64,000 nt of DNA from a virus. Under the pieces are notes generated by a model. It was not told the origin of the DNA and made no database searches. It was given only the letters and a program-made list of their open reading frames with translations. A program made the translations under genes and the position numbers. The stretch covers positions 11,253-75,252 of the IMG/VR virus record IMGVR_UViG_3300020581_000010, one strand, 5' to 3'. Below, in pieces: positions 1-8,400 of this stretch. Within the stretch, counting starts at the first letter, position 1, and each line of letters starts with the position of its first letter.

Positions 1-136
1 GCTGCTGGAACCCGCTGGTGAAGTTGTTCACCGGGACCAGCTTCGCCTTGTAGGACAGCTTCCATTTGGCGAAAGCATACGTCAAAGTCCCTAAAAGCGT
101 TGATCCTTGCTTACCAGCGATGGGATTAAAAGCCAT
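1..136 (-). CDS. Probable tail tube/major tail protein, 5' part (runs off window)
   Basis: Manually read ATG at 136: MAFNPIAGKQGSTLLGTLTYAFAKWSCPTKAKLVPVNNFTSGFQQ; follows neck genes. Confidence 0.5.
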   Translation of the reverse strand, partial: MAFNPIAGKQGSTLLGTLTYAFAKWKLSYKAKLVPVNNFTSGFQQ

Positions 137-162
137 GTTTTATTCCGGCTTTAGGCCGCTCC

Positions 163-672
163 TTACGTTGTTGATCCGAATACGATTACCGTGAGGACTC
201 CCGTGCTGCCGCCGTTGTTCGTCACCCGCAGAGTCCGGTGGGTCGCGTCTACCACTATGCCCGTCACCGTGTTGTTCTCCGCGTGCATCTCCATTGCTCC
301 GGGATTCACCGTCACGCCGGCGGCCGGGAGGAACCACGCCGCGAGTCCGTTCGTCGTTCCGGGTGCCAAGAGAAACTGACCGGGATTTGCAGCGGCGGCT
401 ATCACGAGGATTGCGAACACGTGGGCGAACCCGGTCGCGTTCCCTACTTGGTCCGTGAACGAGAACAGGTCGAACTCATTGTGGGCACCGGCCGCGAGAG
501 AGAACTGCTGGGCGAATGCGTCGTTGGGGATGCCGACCCCGGTCCCCTGCCAGTTGTAGTTGTTCTGCGAGGGTCCGAGCGTGGCGGGTCCAAACGGGCT
601 GGCCGGGTTCGTCAGCGTGAAGTTCACGGCCGCCTGTAGTGAAATCGAATTCGCGGCTACGTTTCCTGCCAT
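163..672 (-). CDS. Putative virion structural protein (beta-rich)
   Basis: 169 aa G/A/T/N-rich ORF within the structural operon. Confidence 0.6.
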   Translation of the reverse strand: MAGNVAANSISLQAAVNFTLTNPASPFGPATLGPSQNNYNWQGTGVGIPNDAFAQQFSLAAGAHNEFDLFSFTDQVGNATGFAHVFAILVIAAAANPGQFLLAPGTTNGLAAWFLPAAGVTVNPGAMEMHAENNTVTGIVVDATHRTLRVTNNGGSTGVLTVIVFGSTT

Positions 673-682
673 GCGTCCCCCC

Positions 683-1171
683 TCACGTAGTGCGGGTCTC
701 GGCTACGTCGTAGTTGACTACCAGCCCTGTCAGGTCGTAGGTCGTGTTGCTCCACGCCGCCTCGCTGATAACGTCGTCCATGTCTATGCTCACGTCCCAA
801 GGCCCCTTGCTGATCCCGTTCGGCAGCACAATCGGGTTCACCTGATAAATCTGGTTGCGGATCGTCTGCCGCACGAACATCACCTGCTGCAAGTCGCTCA
901 AGAGGTAAGCGTTCCCGGCACTGACGATGCCGATCACTATCGGGTACGACCAGACGATGTTGTATTGCCCGTCGTTGCCGGGAAACGTCTGACCCGCCCC
1001 GCCCTTCCTTATCTTCTCTCCGGACTTGCCCGGTGCAAGGATGACCATCGGCAGCAAGTCCTGGTCCAGCACGATTACTTTCTTGCGGACGACCACCTGC
1101 ATCTGCGGGAGCACGCTTCCGAGCGTGTTCTCAAGCGAGACTAGTAGCCCCTCGTAGTTCGACAGGATCAC
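683..1171 (-). CDS. Putative tail terminator/tail completion protein
   Basis: 162 aa; size and position after head-closure gene. Confidence 0.5.
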   Translation of the reverse strand: MILSNYEGLLVSLENTLGSVLPQMQVVVRKKVIVLDQDLLPMVILAPGKSGEKIRKGGAGQTFPGNDGQYNIVWSYPIVIGIVSAGNAYLLSDLQQVMFVRQTIRNQIYQVNPIVLPNGISKGPWDVSIDMDDVISEAAWSNTTYDLTGLVVNYDVAETRTT

Positions 1172-1575
1172 GGTGTCGTCACCTCGACGGGTTTCCAGCC
1201 GGTGAACTTCTGCACCTCGCAGGAGAACTCCGCTTCCGCGAACTCGCTAGTCACGTCCACGATCAGCCAGCCGACGCCGTTCATGTCCTGGATGTAGTTC
1301 TGCTCTTGCGGACGGGGTGCTCCGCTCATCTGCAAGTTCTGCAAGTCGATGTCGAACTTCGAGGTAGTCTGCACCAGCGACGACCCGTCAGCCCCCTGCC
1401 TGACCTGCTTGGTCTCATACTTCCGTGCTCGCGGGATGAAGTAGGACACGAACTTATCCACCGTCCCGTTCGGCGAGCCGGCCTGCGTGTTCCGCACCAA
1501 GAGCCACACCGGCCTGACCTGCCCCTGCAAGTCGAGCAAGTTCCCGAGTTGGCCAGCGAGCGTGAAGTCGATCAT
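1168..1575 (-). CDS. Putative head-closure (stopper) protein
   Basis: Start MIDFTLAG at 1575 overlaps upstream stop (ATGA); C-terminal 'GVGWLIVDV' strand pattern; synteny. Confidence 0.5.
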   Translation of the reverse strand: MIDFTLAGQLGNLLDLQGQVRPVWLLVRNTQAGSPNGTVDKFVSYFIPRARKYETKQVRQGADGSSLVQTTSKFDIDLQNLQMSGAPRPQEQNYIQDMNGVGWLIVDVTSEFAEAEFSCEVQKFTGWKPVEVTTP

Positions 1576-2255
1576 ATCGCTATCCTCTTGGTCCGCTCCC
1601 GTGCCAAGGTGGACGCGATCTCCCGATTGAACAACCCCAGCCATTCCGAGTCCGGTACGCTGACGCTGACACCGCTCTTGCTCACGCTCGTAGGGTGCTG
1701 GCCGAATAGAGCTATCTGCCGCATCTTGCTCACCATCAGCTCGCACGCCTGCACGACCGACAGCGGCGGCGACTGCCCTGCCGTGTAGCTGACCTTGATA
1801 TTCCCCGCCGGCGGTCCCGGATAGGACAGGACCAATCCCTGCACCCACTCGGCCGGTCGTGCCCAGTACGTCCCCAGCCGCGTCAGCTTGCCCGTAGTGC
1901 TCTGGCTTCCCGGCCCGTTGTCCCAGTCGAGGCAGAAGTCAACGCCCTGGGTCAAGAGCGTGGTGGACGCGAACGACCCGCTGGTGTCCCCCGACGCCGC
2001 CGTGTCGTCCTCGTAGCACGACGTGATGGACAGGACGGGCGTAACCGATAGCCAGATGAACGGCGTGTTGCACCCGCTCAGAATCTCGTTGCTCACCGTC
2101 TGCACGCTGTAGTCCGCGACGCCGATGTAGTCGAGGATGAGCGACGTAGCCCGTGCGATCCAGAGCCCTAGCTGGGCGTCGAACGTCGTGTCCTGAACGG
2201 TGAGACCCAGCAGGGTCTTCATGTTCTCGACAGACGTGAGTTGAGTCTGGCTCAC
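1572..2255 (-). CDS. Head-tail connector/adaptor (gp6/gp15-like)
   Basis: LTSVENMKTLLG..D.QL..WI..AT..I..YIG, PVLSITS, NIKVSYTAG..P..VVQAC motifs; GTG start at 2255 with GAGGGG RBS (the track's ATG at 2279 lies in a terminator). Confidence 0.75.
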   Translation of the reverse strand: MSQTQLTSVENMKTLLGLTVQDTTFDAQLGLWIARATSLILDYIGVADYSVQTVSNEILSGCNTPFIWLSVTPVLSITSCYEDDTAASGDTSGSFASTTLLTQGVDFCLDWDNGPGSQSTTGKLTRLGTYWARPAEWVQGLVLSYPGPPAGNIKVSYTAGQSPPLSVVQACELMVSKMRQIALFGQHPTSVSKSGVSVSVPDSEWLGLFNREIASTLARERTKRIAI

Positions 2256-2265
2256 TTGCCCCTCA

Positions 2266-2304
2266 AAGAAAAATGCCATGCCAGGTGAAGGACTGGCATG
2301 GCAT
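2266..2304 (-). terminator. Rho-independent terminator after the capsid genes
   Basis: Perfect 12-bp inverted repeat ATGCCATGCCAG (2273-2284)/CTGGCATGGCAT (2293-2304) followed by a T-run on the minus strand. Confidence 0.8.
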
Positions 2305-2336
2305 ACCTGGCGTAGCCGACCGTGCAGAAAGATCGC

Positions 2337-2894
2337 TTACAGTGTGTTCGGCAGACGGCTGTAACCGGCCGTCGTGTCCGACATCTTGGCCTGCTCGATG
2401 ATGATGCCGGCAGTCACGAACACGGGCGACGTGCCGGCAGTCGTCGTCATGTTCAGCCGGGCGTACCGCAGCACCCGGTTGCCGATCAAGCTGATGTACT
2501 GGTTGCTCGTGGTGACGCTGAACGTGGTGTTGCCAGCGATCACGGTGAAGGTGCCGTTGGTGGTGGCACACTCTTCGAGCTGCCCCGTCAACGAGGGTGA
2601 CGTGCCGGTGACGGCCCCGATGATGACCACGGCGTTCGTCAAGTTCTCGGCCATGCTCATGTCGATGGCCGTGCCCGTGGTCGCGGTCGTGATGCCGGCC
2701 GTCGTCGGCTGGATGCTCGTGCCTTGGATGCACTGCGAGAGGTCCACGACGATGGACGCTTCGTGCTCGGGGAACTCGGCTTCCTTCTCCCAGTTGTAGA
2801 GCACTTGCTCCAACTGCGGGGCGAGTTTCCGCGTGAGCGGCTTGCCGTCGAAGTCGAGTCCGGTGAGCCGGGGACGTTGGTCCAAAACGTGCAT
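2337..2894 (-). CDS. Putative capsid decoration/cement protein
   Basis: Directly after MCP; Thr/Gly-rich beta protein ending 'RYARLNMT', Bbp16-like pattern. Confidence 0.55.
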   Translation of the reverse strand: MHVLDQRPRLTGLDFDGKPLTRKLAPQLEQVLYNWEKEAEFPEHEASIVVDLSQCIQGTSIQPTTAGITTATTGTAIDMSMAENLTNAVVIIGAVTGTSPSLTGQLEECATTNGTFTVIAGNTTFSVTTSNQYISLIGNRVLRYARLNMTTTAGTSPVFVTAGIIIEQAKMSDTTAGYSRLPNTL

Positions 2895-2933
2895 TGCTGA
2901 GTCCTCTTGTGAGTCTTCGGACTTCGCGTCCGC

Positions 2934-4484
2934 TTAGTTTCCAATCGTGGTCGGCAGCAACTGGTCCGCGTAGATGAACGCACCCGGATTCAGCGGTGCC
3001 CCATCGGCGGTCATGATCGCCCGCACGGCCGTCTGGTCGGCCTGGAAGATCGCACCCTGGTTCGCCATTGCAAATTCGATGCTGCCGAACATGCCGATTC
3101 GCATGTTGCTCCACATCCCGCCGAAAAGCACTGTGAGGTTCGTGCCCGAAGACTTCACCCGGCCGTTCGGGACGTTGGAGCTGTTGACCACCTTGAAGCC
3201 GGCGAGGTAGTCGATCTGCTTCCCGTCCTCGAACCCGCGAGTCAGGTCGAACAGGAACAGACCGCCAGAGTCACCGACAGCGGCCACACCGGCACGCTTC
3301 GCCTGCATCGACCGGAGCAAGGTCGGGTAGATCAGCCAGCCCTCGAACTTCGCGTTGGCGGCCTCAACGTTGCCAATCATGGTGTACGGGTCGCCGGGGG
3401 CGAGCGTGTAACCGTTCGTGGTCGTGGCCGAACCCGTGCCGTTGAACGACTGGACGCCGGAGTAGCCGACGAGTCCCTGCGTGACGTTCTCGCTACCAGC
3501 ACCGACCATCAGGTTCTGGTCGAACAGCAACGAGATCGAAATCATCATGTCGTTGCGGAACAACTGCTCGACGATGGGTCCGCCGAAGCGGAGAAGCTCG
3601 TTGTTCGTGACGATGTACGCCCCGATCTTCTTGCCAGCGATTTCAATCTGGCCGGTGCCGACAGAGGACTGCGTGGTGTTCGCACCTTCGCCGACGTTGT
3701 AGGCGGTCGTCGGGGTCGTCTGCCGGGGGAACGTGATGCGGCCGGACGGAGGCAAGGGGAAGATCACCGCACCAGACGCGAGTACGGCCGAGTTGTTACG
3801 CAGCAAAGGGACCAGCGGCCCGAACTCAGGGAACGGCACCAAGGCACCGCCCAGGTTTTCTTGCAGGAAGCTCTGGGTCGAGCCGCCAACCTTTTGGGTG
3901 AAGCCCTGGTCGTTCCACTGCTGGTTCGTCTTCGTCACCAGAGCCGGATTGACCAGTCCCTTCTGCACCATCCAAGAGGCGTATTCCGGGTCGTAGGCCG
4001 GCTGCGTGTCGAGCAGGCTCTTGACCTCGAAGGCCAGTTCCTTGTCGATGCACGACAGGCGTGAGTCTTCCGAGTACAGGAAGTTCATCCCGAGCGGGCT
4101 GACGATGGTCTCTTTGTTGGTGTTGATCCCGTCCCGTTCGGTCGCCTCACGCCAGCCGCCCTTGTGGTCGCGGAAGGATTTCTTGAGCCTGTCCGACATG
4201 TTGAATTCGAGCTGGGCGTCTTCGGGCCGGATGGCTCCATTTGCAAGGCCAGCCGCCTTGTGGAACATGTATCCACGGCTGCCCATCGTGTCTTCACCAG
4301 CACGGGCTGCCGGGGCCTGGTTCTGGCCGAGGATGCGGCTCTTTGCCGTGGCTACCGAGCCGCGTCCGGCGACCAGTTGCCTTTCTGGCAACGCCTCTCG
4401 CCGTGCGGCCGCGATTCGCTTGCGGGCCTTCTGCAAGAGGGCCAACTCTTCTTTGAGTGCCTGTGTCTTCGCGGTGATTGCCAT
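2934..4484 (-). CDS. Major capsid protein (HK97 fold) with N-terminal delta/scaffold domain
   Basis: GGALVP, ITFPRQT...AYNVGEG, KKIGAY..TNNELL, YLAGFKVV.SSNVP, FQADQTAVRAI..D...P.AF motifs. Confidence 0.92.
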   Translation of the reverse strand: MAITAKTQALKEELALLQKARKRIAAARREALPERQLVAGRGSVATAKSRILGQNQAPAARAGEDTMGSRGYMFHKAAGLANGAIRPEDAQLEFNMSDRLKKSFRDHKGGWREATERDGINTNKETIVSPLGMNFLYSEDSRLSCIDKELAFEVKSLLDTQPAYDPEYASWMVQKGLVNPALVTKTNQQWNDQGFTQKVGGSTQSFLQENLGGALVPFPEFGPLVPLLRNNSAVLASGAVIFPLPPSGRITFPRQTTPTTAYNVGEGANTTQSSVGTGQIEIAGKKIGAYIVTNNELLRFGGPIVEQLFRNDMMISISLLFDQNLMVGAGSENVTQGLVGYSGVQSFNGTGSATTTNGYTLAPGDPYTMIGNVEAANAKFEGWLIYPTLLRSMQAKRAGVAAVGDSGGLFLFDLTRGFEDGKQIDYLAGFKVVNSSNVPNGRVKSSGTNLTVLFGGMWSNMRIGMFGSIEFAMANQGAIFQADQTAVRAIMTADGAPLNPGAFIYADQLLPTTIGN

Positions 4485-4531
4485 TGCAGTCAGTCTCGTT
4501 AGGAAAAGTTCTGGCCCTGAAAAATCAGAGG

Positions 4532-5044
4532 TTATCGGGAAAGGCGTTCGATCTCTGCGAGTTCCCGCTGGATCGAACGACGCAATTGCTCTTCCGTGTC
4601 CGACCCGAGGCCGAGCGACTTCGCCGTCTCGGTCTCCATGTCCGTGCCGCCCTCGCCTGCTTCGTGTTCGTCGTCGAACGTCTCTTCCGTCTCGCCACCC
4701 TCCATGTCGTAGACCGGAAGGTCCTTGTAGGACTTGTGCTTGCCGTAGTTCTTCTCGTGGTGGGTGCGGAAGTGCGAGTCGAGCTTGTCCATGATGGACT
4801 TCGCGTCGTCGATGGGCTTCCGCATCGGCCCCTCGACGTGGTCGTGGGCACCGATCACGTCTTTCAGCCCGTGCAGTCCCGCCATGATCCGGTGAGCGGC
4901 TTTTGCCCCTTCGGGCATGCCTTCGAGCGGGTCTTCCTCGCCGGCGATGTTCTCTTCGGTCTCTTCTTCGTGTGCGAGGTGTTCGGACCTGTCGGGGATG
5001 TCGCCGGGCTTGCGGGCGGGTTCGTCAACGACGTGTGCTGGCAT
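4532..5044 (-). CDS. Acidic head-operon protein (possible scaffold/internal protein)
   Basis: 170 aa Glu/His-rich, just upstream of MCP. Confidence 0.55.
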   Translation of the reverse strand: MPAHVVDEPARKPGDIPDRSEHLAHEEETEENIAGEEDPLEGMPEGAKAAHRIMAGLHGLKDVIGAHDHVEGPMRKPIDDAKSIMDKLDSHFRTHHEKNYGKHKSYKDLPVYDMEGGETEETFDDEHEAGEGGTDMETETAKSLGLGSDTEEQLRRSIQRELAEIERLSR

Positions 5045-5122
5045 GACTTGCTCTCCACGGTGGATGCGACTACATGCTGTCCATCGTGCGAGAATCGTCT
5101 GGCGGGTTCAATCGCCGATTCA

Positions 5123-5455
5123 CTACTGAGAATTGACCTTGACCGCCCACGGCCCGGAAGTGACGTGCCCCGAGTCGTCCATGAACTCCTCGCGGACCAC
5201 GGCGACGGGGCGTCCCCTGTGGTCGGTCCAACGCCCCTCGCGGACGAACTTCACCCCACCGTCAGCGTTGCCGAGTTCCGTGGTGGCTGACTTGGCACGC
5301 ACTTCAGCGTCTGGGACAGTGCCGTCAAATTTGTCGTCGGCGACAATTTTGGCTGGCTCTTTCAGTGCCGCGAATGTATCGTCCGTCTGCTTGGTCCAGT
5401 CGGCGTTCTCGTCTGTAGCGTCAGGCGAAGGGAACTCACTTGTGGAACTGCTCAT
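5123..5455 (-). CDS. Small acidic protein overlapping the ART gene end (candidate partner/inhibitor)
   Basis: MSSSTSEF start with GGAGGG RBS, 20-nt overlap with the 1572-aa gene. Confidence 0.55.
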   Translation of the reverse strand: MSSSTSEFPSPDATDENADWTKQTDDTFAALKEPAKIVADDKFDGTVPDAEVRAKSATTELGNADGGVKFVREGRWTDHRGRPVAVVREEFMDDSGHVTSGPWAVKVNSQ

Positions 5456-8400
5456 AGGTCGGCCCTCCACTCTGTGATCCGGCAAAAGTGTTCGTGGCGA
5501 GATCAATCTTCGGTGCGATGTGAGTCCACGCTGCCGTGTTGCACTTGATTTTTCCGCCGAGTACGACGCACTCGGCTTCGGTCAGGCACCCTGCCCCTGT
5601 TAAGGCTGTTGAGAACACTCTTTCGATTGGAACCCGCACGGCGATCATCATGCAGTTTTTCTTGGAGTTGTTCCTTGAACTGTCCGCGAAATAATGGGCC
5701 GTGTCGAAACTCGTGCTGAATGACGACAGCGGTTGCAACGCTGTCTCAGCACCATCTTGCGATGTCCACTTCTCCTCAATCTTTCCGCCCTCAAGCTTCA
5801 TGCCGCGATATAGGACTAGTTCCTTGATGCCTGCCTTCTTGAAAAACTCCTGCGTGTTCTCGTAAGTCGCTTCGAGATAAGCGTGGATGATGCCGCTGTA
5901 CTTCTCACGCATCTCTTCCGTCTTGTCTTGCAACGCGATTTCCTTTTTGCTGCCGCTCGGCCCGACGTAATTGAAACTGTCCTTGACGTTGAAAAATTCC
6001 TTGGCTCCGCCTTGAATAGCACGCGACAAGGCATTGTGATCGTTGGACGATTCCGCCCAGTTGTTGACGAGTACGGCGACGGCACCTTTGAGAGCGTCTT
6101 CTTCGTCTACCACGTCTTCCCAATGCTCCTCGTTGTACTCTTCGACAAGGGCTTCCGCTTCGGCCTCTACCGGAGTGCCAGCGTACTTTTTGCTGAGGAT
6201 TTCAGCGATCTGCTGCGTCAGATTTGCTTTAGCGTGTGCTCTCATCCCATGCGTTGCTTCAATGTTGCCCTTCGCGTCCACGGTGGATTCGTGGTCCCCT
6301 TCGTCTCTGGCGAATTTCTTGAACCACTCGCCCATGATCCGGTTCATCCCACCGTTAGACGATTGCTCTTTCAGTGATTGCAGGAAGGAAGCGTTCGTGT
6401 CGGGACTGCCTTCCGCCTTTTTTTTTTCGCTCGCCTCTTCCTTCTCCCCTCCCTTGCCTTGCTGCCGAGTCCAGATTTTGCCGCCCTTTGGGCCTTCGCC
6501 TGAGTAGGTCCAGCCTTCGCCGGGTGGAGTGGGGCCGTGGTACTCTTCGGCCTTGAGGGTGAAGCCGGCAGCTGATTTGTTGCTGGATTCGGTCCCGCGA
6601 AAAGCACCCTTATCTCTTTTCAGAATCCTAGCCGCGACAGAATCCTTGTCTCTCCAGTCCGAGACCCCGACATCTTTAGCCAGCTTCTCGCGTACACCCT
6701 TGGGTTGCGTGTCCAAGAGTTTGACAATCTGTGCATGCACGTCGGCGTCAGGCTCGCCCTTCTTCATGTCGTACTTGATGAAATCGTGCAGTGCCGTCCA
6801 AGTTTCCGGTAGCTTGCGAGGTGCGGGCGGTTGTTCGCGTTGTGGTGAAGGCTCAGGTTCCTTCTGTGCAATCTTGTTCCCGTGTTTGTCGTAGCCTTCT
6901 CCGAACGGATTGAATTCCTCTCGTTTGGTTCCGATGCCGTTTCTGCCCATGAACTCGGCAGCAGCTTTACCGATAGACTCGGCGTTTGCCCCGCGTCCGA
7001 TCATGACTGTCCCGTATGTGTTCTCTTTGTCGGACGGACTCATTTCCCGATGAACGTCCGACATGTTGCGGACTTCGTTCCACACCTTCAATTCGATTTG
7101 CTTCTGGTTAGCGAGAGAAATCAGGAGGCTTTTGAATTCCGTTGGCTTCATGTCGGGAGCAATCTTTCGCTTGAGTTCGGCATACAGATGGTCCGTCCTT
7201 GCCAGACCGTCACCGTGAACGTCTGACGCTGCGAATGCTCCGACTATTGATCGTCCTAAACTTTCGGCATCGTGAGGCTGGCCCTGTGATTGCTTTTTCT
7301 CGCCACTATGTTCGGCGGGTCCGCTTTCCGGCTCTCCCTGATGCTGCCAAATTTTGCCGCCTTTTGGGCCTTCACCCGTCTGCACCCATCCTTCGCCGGG
7401 CGGATTAGGCCCATGATACTCCGCTGCCTTCCACCCCTTCCGCACCTCGACAGGCTTCCGCGAGTCCATGCTGATCGTGCTGCCGTTCGACAAGTGCAGG
7501 ATGATCGTGTTCTGCTTGCGTTCCCGCTGCGTCACCTTGGCGAACTCGCCCGTCTTCGGGTCTTTCACGTCGTTCCCCGCCCGCACGTTGTTGATGTGCG
7601 TGGACACCGGCCTCGGCTTCGGAGTCACTGAAGAAGTCTGCGGCAACGGCGGAACGGCTGTCGGTTCAGGCGTCTTCGCCGTGCCGGGCATGGCTGCTTG
7701 CTGCCTCTCGGCGACGGCCTTGTCCCGCTTGGCCTTGAGGGCTTTCTGCAAGAGGTCGCGGTTCAGGGAAGTGTTCGCCACCTGATTGCTGCCCCACGAG
7801 TGCGGGTTGCTCTCCCTCAGCGTCACGCCTAAACGCTTGGCGAACTGGTTGAACTCGCCGTGGCTCAGTCCTTCCGAACTCTTGACGATGCCGTCGATGT
7901 CATGGTCCGTCACCTGAGACGGTCGTGCCGCCAGCTTGTTCCGCAGTGCGTCCGCATGGTCAATGGCGAATGGCACAGGAGAGTCATTGCGTCTCAGCGG
8001 CGCCTTCTGCCAGTCGTGCCGCTGCCTCAAGTGTGGGTACTTGTTGAGGATCGCGTCGGGGACGGGGATGCCTTCCTTGACCGCCTCATACGCTGAAATT
8101 TTCTCGGCCTGAATGTCTATCTCACGCTGAGTCGGGGGATGGTCGTAGGTCGCTACCCTGACATTGCCACGCATAAGCACGTTAGGCTTGTCGGGGTTGA
8201 CCGATAGGCCGATCTGATGCGGCGACTTGAGCCACGGTTTCACCGGCGGCGGGTGCTCCTGCTCGCGGGCCTGCTCCTCAGGTGTGCCGGTGGGAACCTG
8301 TCGTTCCCGCTCGTAGAGATTGGATTCGGGGTCTTGCGGTGGCTCTGGCAACGGCACGCGGGGTCCGCCGCCGCCGTACTTGGCAGCATTCGGGTGCGTG

